The notes under the pieces: generated by a model | Databases searched by the model: none | What the model was told of the DNA's origin: nothing | The model's input: the letters and a program-made list of their open reading frames with translations, nothing else | Shown here: positions 21,195 to 30,919 of the stretch, in pieces | Layout of the letters: each line of letters starts with the position of its first letter | Position numbering within the stretch: the stretch's first letter is position 1 | Position numbers and translations under genes: made by a program | From: Pseudothermotoga sp. | Lineage (GTDB): Bacteria > Thermotogota > Thermotogae > Thermotogales > DSM-5069 | Direction of reading: 5' to 3' | DNA: 64,000 bases | Assembly (NCBI GenBank): GCA_041640575.1 | Contig: JBEPZZ010000003.1 | Coordinates: 1-64,000, forward strand

Positions 21195-21238
21195 ATTATA
21201 TAGTTAAATTTATTGATTGTCAACTATTTTAACTATAT
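21195..21238 (-). promoter_or_regulatory. Consensus sigmaA promoter overlapped by an 11-bp inverted repeat (candidate MarR operator)
   Basis: Minus strand TTGACA (21223-21218), 17 bp, TATAAT (21200-21195). Inverted repeat ATATAGTTAAA 21198-21208 / TTTAACTATAT 21228-21238. Confidence 0.75.
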
Positions 21239-21252
21239 TCTGTGCTAAAAAA

Positions 21253-21525
21253 GGTGCCACGAACCCATCGTCGACTTATCTAAACCGGGGCATAATTGCG
21301 CCTCCAGCTCCAGTCAGGCACCCCTGCGGCACACGGTGATAACCGCTTATGGCTGCTTCCTTCCGGACCTGACCAGGTTCACGGCTCACCATTGCACAGG
21401 ACCCAACCTTCGACGCTTTCAGCGCAACCTGTTTCCCGACATAGACAGCCTCGGATGGGAATTCAGCCCCGCTATGGCGGGTTTCGGGTACAGGGGACCG
21501 CCAACCCCCCACCTATCGTGGCACC
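21253..21525 (-). ncRNA. ffs: Signal recognition particle RNA, large bacterial form with Alu domain
   Basis: Minus strand carries the helix-8 signature GTCAGGTCCGGAAGGAAGCAGC. A 10-bp terminal stem is formed by GGTGCCACGA/TCGTGGCACC. There is a GC-rich 5' Alu-like region, TGTATAAT just upstream (21540-21533) and a T-run downstream. Confidence 0.95.
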
Positions 21526-21644
21526 ATTCATTATTATACAGAATTTTCTGTTTCTTACAATCCTCTACATGAGCCGAAGTTATTGCTTGCCGGCCATATG
21601 TACAAGTTGTGGTAAACTATCGAAAGTGGAGGCGATGCGGCCGG

Positions 21645-22259
21645 ATGGCCAAGATTTTGGTTGTTGATGATGAAAGAAACGTTAGAAGCTTAGTGAAGAG
21701 GATTTTAGAAGAGCAAGGGCACCAAGTTGTAACACTTGCGACAGGTGAAGAAGCATTGGTTGAATTGAGAAAGAATGATTTCGACTTATTAGTACTCGAT
21801 TTGAAACTTCCCGGAATATCAGGAGTAGAGTTGCTCAAAAGAATGGCGAATGAGGGTTACACGTTGCCAGTTTTGATAATTTCTGGAATAACAAATGCAA
21901 TACCGATTGTTGAGGCAATGAAAAATGGTGCAAGTGATTATCTTTCAAAACCTTTTCCGTCCCAGGACCTTCTAAAAAAAGTGACAGAGTTGCTCCGCAG
22001 AGAGGAGATCAGCTACGAGAAGCTTGTTCGCAGAATAGAAGAAAAAATAGAACACGGTCGCATTGATATAGCGGAAAAGATGGCACGAGAGCTTTTCGCG
22101 ATTCATCCATCTGCGGAATCACATTATATATACGCACTTATCATGAAAAAGATGGGTAATGCGGAACTTGCCTATAAGCATCTAAAGGCTGCTTTAGCTT
22201 TGGACCCAAATCACAGAAAATCACTCGAGGAGATTGCCTATTATGAGGAGACGCGTTGA
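21645..22259 (+). CDS. Response regulator receiver domain with C-terminal TPR-like output
   Basis: KILVVDDE, phospho-acceptor LLVLDLKLP, IISG and DYLSKPF. The C-terminus is helical and TPR-like (A..HLKAALALDPNH) with no HTH. The likely start is ATG 21645. Confidence 0.85.
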   Translation: MAKILVVDDERNVRSLVKRILEEQGHQVVTLATGEEALVELRKNDFDLLVLDLKLPGISGVELLKRMANEGYTLPVLIISGITNAIPIVEAMKNGASDYLSKPFPSQDLLKKVTELLRREEISYEKLVRRIEEKIEHGRIDIAEKMARELFAIHPSAESHYIYALIMKKMGNAELAYKHLKAALALDPNHRKSLEEIAYYEETR

Positions 22260-22674
22260 GCCTGTTTATGCAATAGTTGTTGGATGTGGGAAAATAGGAT
22301 CAATTGTTGCGTCACGCTTGTCTGCATCGGGAAAGAATGTTGTTGTAATCGATAATGATGAAAAGTCTTTTGAAAGGCTTACGGATGAGTTTACAGGTTT
22401 CAAGATTGTCGGAGATGCAACTGAAATCTCTAATTTGAGAGAAACAAAAGTTGAGCACGCGGATATTCTGATAGCGACGACAGGAGATGATAACACAAAT
22501 TTCATGGTGGCAACTATTGCGAAACAGTATTTTGGAGTCCCATTGGTTCTGGCTCTTGTGAATGATCCAAACAACGAGACGATTTTTAGAGAATTCGATA
22601 TAGAAATTGTCTCACCCACTTTGCTGTCTGCAGAAGGAATATTAGCTAGGATTGTTCAGGAGGGAAAACTTTGA
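22234..22674 (+). CDS. trkA: TrkA/KtrA-type RCK N-terminal domain protein
   Basis: IVVGCGKIG, VVVID, GDAT and T.DDN.N. Lacks the RCK-C domain. Confidence 0.88.
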   Translation: MPIMRRRVEPVYAIVVGCGKIGSIVASRLSASGKNVVVIDNDEKSFERLTDEFTGFKIVGDATEISNLRETKVEHADILIATTGDDNTNFMVATIAKQYFGVPLVLALVNDPNNETIFREFDIEIVSPTLLSAEGILARIVQEGKL

Positions 22675-23330
22675 AAATAGTTATCATTGGAGGATACCGA
22701 ATTGCCTACCATTTGGCAAGAACCATGATATCCAAGGGTTTTCATGTTTACTTGATAAACAGAGATCCTGATGTTTGCAGGGAACTAGCGCACAGATTGT
22801 CTGCGGTAGTAATACAAGGTGATGGTAGCAAGAAAGAAGTTTTGGATCAAATTGATTTCTCTCCGGATGACATTGTCGTGATTCTTACAAACACTGATAG
22901 AGATAGCTTGATCATCTCACAGATGGTAAGAAAATACTATGGGGTGGAGAGAATAGTCACGATGGTAAATGACCCAGACAACATAGATGTTTTTCATGCA
23001 TTGGGTGTCAAGGCTGCTGTAAGCCCAACCAACCTGTTAACTCGAACAATACAATCAATGCTTTTTTCTGAAGAAGTTGAAGATTTCTTTCTTGTTGAGG
23101 AGGGTAAAGTAGTATTTCTAAAGTTGGAAATACCAGAGACATCACCATCTGTTTACAAAAGTTTGAAAGAAATTCAGCTTCCCAGCGAAAGTGTTCTTGG
23201 TGGAATAGTAAGAAATGACCTGTTTGTTATTCCGCGAGGAGATACACAACTTTTGCCAGGTGACAAGATTTTTGTAATATGCGAGCCTACTGTTCAAACG
23301 CAAATTATTAAAATTCTTGTTGGAGAATGA
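22671..23330 (+). CDS. trkA: TrkA-family potassium uptake regulatory subunit (RCK-N + RCK-C)
   Basis: MKIVIIGG, GDGS and C-terminal IPRGDT.L.PGD. Confidence 0.88.
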   Translation: MKIVIIGGYRIAYHLARTMISKGFHVYLINRDPDVCRELAHRLSAVVIQGDGSKKEVLDQIDFSPDDIVVILTNTDRDSLIISQMVRKYYGVERIVTMVNDPDNIDVFHALGVKAAVSPTNLLTRTIQSMLFSEEVEDFFLVEEGKVVFLKLEIPETSPSVYKSLKEIQLPSESVLGGIVRNDLFVIPRGDTQLLPGDKIFVICEPTVQTQIIKILVGE

Positions 23331-23333
23331 TAG

Positions 23334-24809
23334 ATGAGAACCTTGGAGAGTTACTCTATTGTCACAGGTTTACTTTCACGATTACTTAGAGTTTTCTGCA
23401 TAATTTTGATTATTCCATTGGTTTTCTCTGGCTTTGCGGGGGAAATAAATAGCTGTGGATGGGCGTTTGGCCTATCTATATTTATATCCTTTGGGCTATC
23501 AGTAGCGCTCTCATTTGTGCACGGTTCCACAGATTTACCACAGGTAATCACGATCAGAGAGGGAGCCTTGATCGTTTTCTTCTCTTGGACTCTGATTATA
23601 TTTTTGTCAGCATTACCGTACGTCTTTTCGGGTGTTTTAACTCTTGATAGGGCATTGTTTGAGTCTGTAAGTGGTTGGACGACTACAGGGCTAACCGTTA
23701 TGCTTGACATTGACTTGGCGCATAGAACGATTCTCTTGTGGAGGAGCATGACACAGTTCCTCGGTGGAGCAGGTTTTGCAATTATCGTAATGGGTGCAAT
23801 CATTGGTCCAACAGGTTTTGGGCTTTATCGTGCAGAAGGACGCGTTGATAACATTGTCCCGAATGTGCGTCACTCCGCCAGGATAATCATGATAATTTAC
23901 TCAGTATATGCTGTGGTTGGAACATTTGCTCTTTTGATAAGTGGGATGAATCTTTTTGATGCAGTTAATCACTCTTTGACAGCCTTGGCAACAGGTGGTT
24001 TCTCAACTAAAAGTCAAAGTGTTGCCGCATTTGACAACCTAGCGGTTGAATCTGTTTTAATTATTTTGATGTTTCTCGGTGCAACTGGTTTTGGAATTCA
24101 TTACGCTTTCTGGCAACGAAATTGGGCTGCGCTGAGGAAAAACAGTGAGCCCAAGCAAATGATCTTACTTATCTTGATTGGAGCTAGCTTCATAACCTTT
24201 TCCAGTCGGAAGATTCAGCAATTTTCAACTATTCATCTCAGAATGGCCCTATTTCAGGTTGTGTCGGCATTGACTGGAACAGGGTTTTCTACCACCGACT
24301 TAAGATCATGGTTAGCGTTTCCGGCTGGTCACCTTGTACTGGTAGTTTTCATGTTGCTTGGTGGATGCATGGATTCTACTTCTGGAGGCATTAAACAATA
24401 CAGGTTGACAGTTCTTGGAAAAACTCTCATTGCTTCATTAAAAAGATTCCTTTTGCCGCGTAGCACAGTTTTCGATGTCGAGATATGGAAAGGTACTGCA
24501 AGGAGATATTTGGATGCTGATCTGATAAGGGAAGCTTTTCTCGTTAGCAGTTTATATGTTGTTTCCTACGCGATTGGATCTATGGCGTTGGCCTTGCAAG
24601 GTTTTTCCATAGAGGAATCTTTATTTGAATTTGCATCAGCGCTTGCTGGTGTGGGACTTTCATGTGGTATAACTAATTATCATATGCCAAAACTTGCACT
24701 TTGGACACTAATGCTGGGAATGTTTTTCGGAAGATTAGAATTTCTTGTGATATTGTATGCCGTTTCCAAAATTTGGAAAGATATCTCACATATCTTTTCT
24801 CGAAAATAG
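23334..24809 (+). CDS. trkH: TrkH-family potassium channel subunit
   Basis: Pore loops FESVSGWTTTG, ATGGFS, TGTGFS and GVGLS; ST.GGIK; GRLE. Confidence 0.93.
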   Translation: MRTLESYSIVTGLLSRLLRVFCIILIIPLVFSGFAGEINSCGWAFGLSIFISFGLSVALSFVHGSTDLPQVITIREGALIVFFSWTLIIFLSALPYVFSGVLTLDRALFESVSGWTTTGLTVMLDIDLAHRTILLWRSMTQFLGGAGFAIIVMGAIIGPTGFGLYRAEGRVDNIVPNVRHSARIIMIIYSVYAVVGTFALLISGMNLFDAVNHSLTALATGGFSTKSQSVAAFDNLAVESVLIILMFLGATGFGIHYAFWQRNWAALRKNSEPKQMILLILIGASFITFSSRKIQQFSTIHLRMALFQVVSALTGTGFSTTDLRSWLAFPAGHLVLVVFMLLGGCMDSTSGGIKQYRLTVLGKTLIASLKRFLLPRSTVFDVEIWKGTARRYLDADLIREAFLVSSLYVVSYAIGSMALALQGFSIEESLFEFASALAGVGLSCGITNYHMPKLALWTLMLGMFFGRLEFLVILYAVSKIWKDISHIFSRK

Positions 24810-26741
24810 ACCACTGTTTGAAGCATCTCTTAGATACATCGGCCAACCAATATCTGGGGTATCATCTATTTTGTAAACAATCAAAGCCTTTCTGGATGGA
24901 ACAATCAGATAACCTGTATCACTAAGGATAGGATAACCACTGGCTTGAATTGGCAGTTTTTCTCTGTAAAAGGGTTTCCCATCAGTTTGGTTCATCACGA
25001 TAAGTTCATCCAGAGTTATCAAAATCAGGTAACCCGAGCGTGTTGCAACTAATCCTAAACCCTTTTCAAACTGAGTTTTCCATTTTTCTTTTCCTGAAAA
25101 ATCAAAGCAGAAGATATTACCATTTTCATCAAGAGCGAACAATTCTTTTCGTGTTGTGATCAACTGCTTGAAAGCACTTCCATTTGTAATTGTCCAGGCC
25201 GTTTTACCGGAAATCAGTTCTAAGCTGTAAAGTTGTTCATCCAGCGCCACAAAGGCAAAGCTGTCCGAAAGCGCCGTTTTGGCTCGTTTCGCACTTCTTA
25301 AGATAGATGACCACTGTTCTTTGCCTTCAAAATCGATTAGTTTCGCTATACCGAGCCAATCTACAGTTAGGATTCCAAAATTTTCGTGAACAACCGGTGG
25401 GCATACAAGCCATCCATTCAAAATCACGTATCTGAGTTGTTGTCCCAATGAATTAAAGAGATACAGCTTGCCATCATCAGTTGTAACGCAGAACCCTCCT
25501 GGTGTTACTGCGCACGTAATACTAACAGCGCCATCAATCTTTATTTGCGTCACCTTTTCGGAAAGCATGTATACATTTTTATCCCAAGAACCAAAGACAA
25601 CTTGATTCGTTGGGAGAATGACTGGGTCACAAGTTAAGATGAATCCAATCTTTTTTGTTTCCGTCCTACTTTTTTGCTCATCAATGATCAAAAGCTCACC
25701 AGTCATGCTCAGCGCATAGATAACACCATTTTTAAAGGCAGGTGATGAAACAATCTCGAGAGGTAAATCAAAGATACTGCGCAATTCAATAAACTTCTTT
25801 GAAACCTGTGCTGAGCTTTGTTCTTGGGGTACAGCCTCAGATGTTTTAACAGATGCTTGTGATGATTGGGTAAGGGAACTAGGTTGAACGATAGCCGTAA
25901 ACTTTACACTGTTGCCGAAAGTGAGAAGTGATTTAAAACTTGTGAACAAGACATTTACTGCCTTAATAGTTCCATCGTGTAAAGTCACGTAAATGTAATC
26001 ATTATAAAAACTGAATGATTTCGCTTTTACGTCGAGTTTATCAAGTACTTGAAAATCGTTCTGCCTGACCAGCCATAACGTTCCTTTTGAATCTAAAAGC
26101 ACAAGATTATTGCGAATTTTCTCAACCCACCGTACATCCTGCGAGAGACGTACAGTGGATTCCAAAATAGGGACATTTTCATTGAACTTCATCGTATAAA
26201 AGCGTGACTTCGACCATGCATATAAAAAGTCTCCGGATACCTGGATCCCTACAAATGGTTCAGGTCCAGAAATTTCCCAGAGTTTCGAAAGATTTTTCGT
26301 GTAAGCAACAACTTTCCCTTGTGAGCTCAGAGTTACCAAGGAATTTTTATAGGAAAATAACGAACTGATAGTGTGCGCAAACGTATGGCTACTTCTAAAG
26401 GACAAATTTGAATCATACAGATAGAGGTTGTTTTTACCAAGGACAAAGATTGAACCATCCTCCAAGATCGTAAAATCAACAGCATTCTCGGCTAGATCAA
26501 CCGTTCTCAAACTTTGATTGGAATAGTAAGCAGAAAACGATTTATTGCAAAGAACGAATAGTGTTGTTCCCCTCGAATCGATTTTTAAAACATTTTTCAC
26601 ACTTAAAACAGATATTCTCGTTGGAATAAGGGGTACAGATATGTCATAAAGTTCTATGATATCGTCTTTAACAACAGCAAGAGTATTAGAAAAAACTATG
26701 GTTGCCAGTATAATTCCAATAAGTACAATACTTATTCGCAT
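24786..26741 (-). CDS. Exported tandem beta-propeller protein with PQQ-like (BamB-like) repeats
   Basis: Signal peptide, repeats such as SSPA, GSWD..VY and G..(K/Q)W, an S/Q-rich linker and a terminal WPMY..D..NSG. Confidence 0.7.
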   Translation of the reverse strand: MRISIVLIGIILATIVFSNTLAVVKDDIIELYDISVPLIPTRISVLSVKNVLKIDSRGTTLFVLCNKSFSAYYSNQSLRTVDLAENAVDFTILEDGSIFVLGKNNLYLYDSNLSFRSSHTFAHTISSLFSYKNSLVTLSSQGKVVAYTKNLSKLWEISGPEPFVGIQVSGDFLYAWSKSRFYTMKFNENVPILESTVRLSQDVRWVEKIRNNLVLLDSKGTLWLVRQNDFQVLDKLDVKAKSFSFYNDYIYVTLHDGTIKAVNVLFTSFKSLLTFGNSVKFTAIVQPSSLTQSSQASVKTSEAVPQEQSSAQVSKKFIELRSIFDLPLEIVSSPAFKNGVIYALSMTGELLIIDEQKSRTETKKIGFILTCDPVILPTNQVVFGSWDKNVYMLSEKVTQIKIDGAVSITCAVTPGGFCVTTDDGKLYLFNSLGQQLRYVILNGWLVCPPVVHENFGILTVDWLGIAKLIDFEGKEQWSSILRSAKRAKTALSDSFAFVALDEQLYSLELISGKTAWTITNGSAFKQLITTRKELFALDENGNIFCFDFSGKEKWKTQFEKGLGLVATRSGYLILITLDELIVMNQTDGKPFYREKLPIQASGYPILSDTGYLIVPSRKALIVYKIDDTPDIGWPMYLRDASNSGLFSRKDM

Positions 26742-26842
26742 CTACACACCTCATCTCGGTCTCAGCGAAATCCTTCAGCAACATTATACAAGGTTAGTAT
26801 GACCAATCTAAGAGTCTGTGTTGAACAAATTCGAAGTTCCGC

Positions 26843-28789
26843 CTATACTTTGAATTTCTGTACCTCTGCGGTTAGTTTTTGTACTAAACCTGAAAGTTCT
26901 GCGCCTTGTTCACTCACTTGTTGTCCAGCCTCTGCCTGTTGTTTTACCGCGGAGGTTGCTTCTTCTATCTGCTTTGCTATTTCCAAAACCATTCTTGTTG
27001 CATTTGTCATTGCACTACTCATTTCTTCTGTAGATGCACTTAGTTCTTGTGCACTTGCCGCAACACCTTCTATTATCGTTGTTATTTCGTTAATCTCACT
27101 GAGTATGTTTGTTATTTCCTTCATTACAATAGCTGCTTGTTGTACCGTCATTTCAACTTGTTTCACTGACTCTTCGGAGTCTTTTGCAGCTGCTTCTGCA
27201 GAGTTGTGGATATTCTCAAGTATTGTCGATATCTTCTGTGTCGCGCTTTTGCTCCCTTCTGCTAGCTTTCGTATTTCATCTGCTACAACCGCAAATCCTC
27301 TTCCAGCTTCCCCTGCTCTAGCTGCTTCTATAGCCGCGTTCAAGGCAAGAAGATTTGTCTGCTCAGCTATGGTGTTTATAGTTTCAACTATTGTTCCAAT
27401 GTTTTTTGCATCTTCGACAAGTTTCTTCAAGGATTTGTCTATTTTAAGTGATCCGCCTTTCACTTCGTTTATCATTTGATCTATTAGTCTTATTCCATGT
27501 TCTCCTTTGTCTGCAGCTGCTTTTACCTTCTCCGCTTTATCGGTTAAGTTTTGGGCAGCTCTCGATAGGTTCTGAGAACTCGCGGCTGTTTCTTCTATTC
27601 CAGAATTAATCTCCTCTATCGATGCAGATACACCTTGAGAATTTTTGTTTATGCTTTCCATTTGTGCTGCTAGTTCTTCATTTGAGGCTGCCATCTCTTC
27701 AGATAGGCTAGCTAGATTTTGAGCCACAGAGTTCACTTGGTTTGTGAGAATTCTAACTTGATTTATCGCGTTTCTCAGAGCCAACGTTGCTTCGTTTATT
27801 GATTTAGACATGGTTCCTATTTCGTCTTTTGTATCCAACTTGCAGCTTTTTGTAAGATCACCCTGTTTTAGAATTTCCGAAAAACTAACGAATTGTAAAA
27901 GTGGTTTTGAGATATACTTTGAAGATATCAACCATCCAAGGCTCAATCCTGCGGCTATAAAGGCAGAAATAATCAAAACCAAAAATCTTGATAGTTGATT
28001 AGCGCCGGCGTAAAGGTATTCATCGAGCATTCCGTAGCTTAAATACCAGCCATATTTTGACCTGTAGTAAGCAACTGTTCGCTTAACTTTATTGACTTCA
28101 TAGTGAACAAGCGTAATTTGATCGTTGGAAGAAAGTAGTTGTTTAAACCAATTCTCTTTCGAAAGATCCATTCCCTCAAGTTGAGAGATTGTGTGAGCAA
28201 AAATAATTCCCTGCTCACTGACAATGCTTTGAAAAACATCTTCTCTCCCCATAATTTCTTTGGCTATTTCGTTCAGTAAGCCATTTAATTTCAGCTCAAC
28301 CCAGGCAACACCAAAGACTGATCCAGTAGAATCTTTCGCTGCAGTAGCAACGGAAATAATGCGGTCTTCCCCTACTTTTCTCAAGTTTGTGAAAACTACT
28401 TTGTTCGGGTTGGCAGCGGCAACCTGATACTCTGGCTTTCTTACCACATCTTCTTTTAAAGTTCCCTTGTCTGTCATAACGGTACCACTGTCAAGTCCAA
28501 GAGCGGCGCCAGCTACATAGTTCTCCATCCCCTTAATCAAATCTGCAGGGTCGGTAAAACTTAGTTTAGAGAGGCTTTCAAGGACCGGAATGAGTTTATC
28601 CATGTACGATTCAAAGAGTTTTCCATTCAAGAAACAAGTTCTTTCAAGACTGTCCATTGCTAGTGCACTGATTGTTTGTCTTTGCTTGTTATCTGTGAAA
28701 AAATAAACTAACAAAAGTGGAATTACAGAAGAGATTACAAGTAGCACCAGAACTTTAAAAAGAATTTTGAGATTCCTCATTCTTATCAA
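26843..28789 (-). CDS. Methyl-accepting chemotaxis protein (two TM, Cache-like sensor, HAMP)
   Basis: [42 protein letters not shown] motif GDLT...DEIG and two TM helices. Confidence 0.95.
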   Translation of the reverse strand: MIRMRNLKILFKVLVLLVISSVIPLLLVYFFTDNKQRQTISALAMDSLERTCFLNGKLFESYMDKLIPVLESLSKLSFTDPADLIKGMENYVAGAALGLDSGTVMTDKGTLKEDVVRKPEYQVAAANPNKVVFTNLRKVGEDRIISVATAAKDSTGSVFGVAWVELKLNGLLNEIAKEIMGREDVFQSIVSEQGIIFAHTISQLEGMDLSKENWFKQLLSSNDQITLVHYEVNKVKRTVAYYRSKYGWYLSYGMLDEYLYAGANQLSRFLVLIISAFIAAGLSLGWLISSKYISKPLLQFVSFSEILKQGDLTKSCKLDTKDEIGTMSKSINEATLALRNAINQVRILTNQVNSVAQNLASLSEEMAASNEELAAQMESINKNSQGVSASIEEINSGIEETAASSQNLSRAAQNLTDKAEKVKAAADKGEHGIRLIDQMINEVKGGSLKIDKSLKKLVEDAKNIGTIVETINTIAEQTNLLALNAAIEAARAGEAGRGFAVVADEIRKLAEGSKSATQKISTILENIHNSAEAAAKDSEESVKQVEMTVQQAAIVMKEITNILSEINEITTIIEGVAASAQELSASTEEMSSAMTNATRMVLEIAKQIEEATSAVKQQAEAGQQVSEQGAELSGLVQKLTAEVQKFKV

Positions 28790-29098
28790 CCTCCCTCAAA
28801 TTATTATACATGCTACAAATCAAAGAAAACAATTCAGATCATAAGTCAATTATATCTTGTAAAACGTGAATTTAATGTATTAAACAATATTAAACATTGG
28901 CCTCAACATAAGAATTTTACTTTCTCTGAGAGTCACTTAAACATGTACATTCCGCTATCATGTGCATTTTGCTATCATTCAATAGTGCAGTTATGTGAAA
29001 GAGTAAACACCTCACTGAATTCATTTGGAAGTTAAAAAAGTGATGAGCAGTGCATTCACATGATGGAGTTGAGGAAGGCTTATAGCTGCTAAAAATAA

Positions 29099-29174
29099 TG
29101 GTGGCCAGGGACGGAATCGAACCGTCGACACCTGGATTTTCAGTCCAGTGCTCTACCAACTGAGCTACCTGGCC
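29099..29174 (-). tRNA. tRNA-Phe (GAA)
   Basis: GGCCAGG acceptor stem, anticodon arm CTGGA-CTGAAAA-TCCAG, GGTTCGATTCC and encoded CCA. Confidence 0.97.
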
Positions 29175-29184
29175 ATTTTTTCAG

Positions 29185-29259
29185 TGGTGGGTGCGGCAGG
29201 ACTCGAACCTACGACCTTCTGCTCGTAAGGCAGACGCTCTCCCTCTGAGCTACGCACCC
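29185..29259 (-). tRNA. tRNA-Val (TAC)
   Basis: GGGTGCG acceptor stem, anticodon arm TCTGC-CTTACGA-GCAGA, GGTTCGAGTCC and encoded CCA. Confidence 0.97.
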
Positions 29260-29267
29260 ACCTAATT

Positions 29268-29343
29268 TGGCGCCCCCAAGGGGATTCGAACCCCTGCTTC
29301 TGGCTTGAAAGGCCAGTGTCCTAGGCCGCTAGACGATGGGGGC
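29268..29343 (-). tRNA. tRNA-Glu (TTC)
   Basis: GCCCCCA acceptor stem, anticodon arm CTGGC-CTTTCAA-GCCAG, GGTTCGAATCC and encoded CCA. Confidence 0.97.
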
Positions 29344-29368
29344 ATTTCATTTTTACAATGCCTTTTAT

Positions 29369-29397
29369 ATATTACACTACATCTATTGGAAGGTCAA
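29369..29397 (-). promoter_or_regulatory. Putative promoter of the tRNA Glu-Val-Phe operon
   Basis: Minus strand TTGACC (29397-29392), 17 bp, TAATAT (29374-29369). Confidence 0.55.
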
Positions 29398-29416
29398 GAT
29401 AGTTTTTCAAAAATAG

Positions 29417-29436
29417 CGGGAGGTGTAAACCTCCCG
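29417..29436 (-). terminator. Intrinsic terminator after tRNA-Pro
   Basis: CGGGAGGT-4 nt-ACCTCCCG perfect stem, followed on the minus strand by CTATTTTT. Confidence 0.75.
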
Positions 29437-29438
29437 TC

Positions 29439-29516
29439 TGGTCGGGGCGACTGGACTTGAACCAGCGACCTCTTGCGCCCCATGCAAGCGCGCTAGCCAA
29501 ACTGCGCCACGCCCCG
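29439..29516 (-). tRNA. tRNA-Pro (GGG)
   Basis: CGGGGCG acceptor stem, anticodon arm CTTGC-ATGGGGC-GCAAG, GGTTCAAGTCC and encoded CCA. Confidence 0.96.
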
Positions 29517-29556
29517 ACTACAAGTTAATTCTATCACAAATCCGAAATCCTTCAAG

Positions 29557-30042
29557 CTAGAAGATACTTCTACCCTCTGAATCAATCGCTACAATCAGCG
29601 GGAAATTTTTGACCTTCAGAAGGTAGATTGCTTCTGGACCAAGATCTTCGAACGCAATTAATGAGATTGATTCGGTATGTTGTGAAAGAGCTGCAGCTGC
29701 ACCGCTAGGAGCAACGAAGTATACTCGCCTGTACTTTTTACAAAGTTCGGTCACATTTTGCGTCCTTTTTCCTTTCCCCACAGTTGCTAGAACACCAAGC
29801 TCGTACAACATATGGAGGTATTTATCCATTCTTGCACTTGTCGTTGGGCCTATTGCGAATTTTCCATCTTTCATTTTTGCAGGTCCAGCGTAAAAAACTA
29901 TTCTTCCCTGGAAATCTATAGGCAGAGTTAATTGGTTGCTAACAAGTTCCTGTAATCTCTTATGAGCCATATCTCTCATCACAAGGAATTCACCAGTGTA
30001 GTTAATCTGCTCACCCGCAGTCAATTTCAATAAGTTCAACAT
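29557..30042 (-). CDS. Class I fumarate hydratase / tartrate dehydratase beta subunit
   Basis: RD.AH.RL, YAGP, GPTTSARM, GKG, DLG.EAI and FPL.VAIDS.G. Confidence 0.9.
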   Translation of the reverse strand: MLNLLKLTAGEQINYTGEFLVMRDMAHKRLQELVSNQLTLPIDFQGRIVFYAGPAKMKDGKFAIGPTTSARMDKYLHMLYELGVLATVGKGKRTQNVTELCKKYRRVYFVAPSGAAAALSQHTESISLIAFEDLGPEAIYLLKVKNFPLIVAIDSEGRSIF

Positions 30043-30859
30043 CTATAATCCCCTTCCTGCACAAGTAACAGTCGACGGATATCGCCACTGGTAATGTAGC
30101 AATGTGTGTGGGAAAGTACTCAATGTAAGCCGCATAACAACTTATACCTACGCCAAGACCTTGATAGCCTATGTTGAGCTGATTTATTCTTTGACAGATT
30201 TCACTCTCAAGCTCTGCATAATCTGTGTCCGAGTTGGGTTCATCCTTTGTCAAAGCGATTTTTGACATTAGCATTGCTTTCTCGCTGCTACCACCGATCC
30301 CTATACCTATTTTCAAAGGTGGACATGCATTCCGGCCGTTTTCAGCGATGTGCTCAACAACTTTGTCGATAATCATCTGTTTGCTGCAACCTGGTTCGAG
30401 CATGAACAATCTAGAAAGATTTTCGCTGCCTCCTCCTTTGATCAAAAACCTTATTTGTGCAGCTTCTTTTTCCCAGTGTATTACGTGAACGATTGCAGGA
30501 GTATTGTCTCCGGTATTTCGCCGTTTAAACAACGGGTCAGATACAACTGCGTAACGAAACGGATTTGTTGTGTAAACTTCACGGACGATTTGGTTCAACA
30601 AAGTGAAAATATCACCAAGAAAAACATTCTTCCCTACAAATATAAAGAATTCGACCATACCAGTGTCTTGACACAGGGGCAAGCCTGTTTGTTTTGCTAT
30701 TTGTATGTTTTTCCTCAAAATGTCTGCGAAAGGTCCATTATAAAGCTCTAAATGATTTGATACCAATTCGTTAACTACAGTGTTCGCTTCAAAAAGTTCT
30801 TTAGACAATCTGGTTTTCAATGCATCAGCATCGATTGTAAATATCCTCAAGTTTTTCAC
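30011..30859 (-). CDS. Class I fumarate hydratase / tartrate dehydratase alpha subunit (Fe-S)
   Basis: PLCQDTG, NTGDNTPA, KGGGSEN, ACPP, GLG, HIA.LPV and terminal Cys ligands. Confidence 0.9.
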   Translation of the reverse strand: MKNLRIFTIDADALKTRLSKELFEANTVVNELVSNHLELYNGPFADILRKNIQIAKQTGLPLCQDTGMVEFFIFVGKNVFLGDIFTLLNQIVREVYTTNPFRYAVVSDPLFKRRNTGDNTPAIVHVIHWEKEAAQIRFLIKGGGSENLSRLFMLEPGCSKQMIIDKVVEHIAENGRNACPPLKIGIGIGGSSEKAMLMSKIALTKDEPNSDTDYAELESEICQRINQLNIGYQGLGVGISCYAAYIEYFPTHIATLPVAISVDCYLCRKGIIDVELIEIDCG

Positions 30860-30919
30860 CTACTTTCCTTGGCTGCAATGATAATGATACAATAAAAATG
30901 AAAAAAGACTGCTAAGGGG

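Noticed and set aside
21276..21667. ORFs of 78, 123 and 78 aa
   Set aside because: They overlap the SRP RNA, whose GC-rich sequence explains the lack of stop codons.
26799..27479. 226-aa plus-strand ORF
   Set aside because: It is the typical antisense open frame of an MCP coiled-coil signalling domain.
28790..29098. c-di-GMP riboswitch upstream of the MCP
   Set aside because: I saw no GEMM-type motif or GC-rich stems, and a -10 box lies directly before the RBS.
28917..29159. 80-aa minus-strand ORF
   Set aside because: It starts inside tRNA-Phe.
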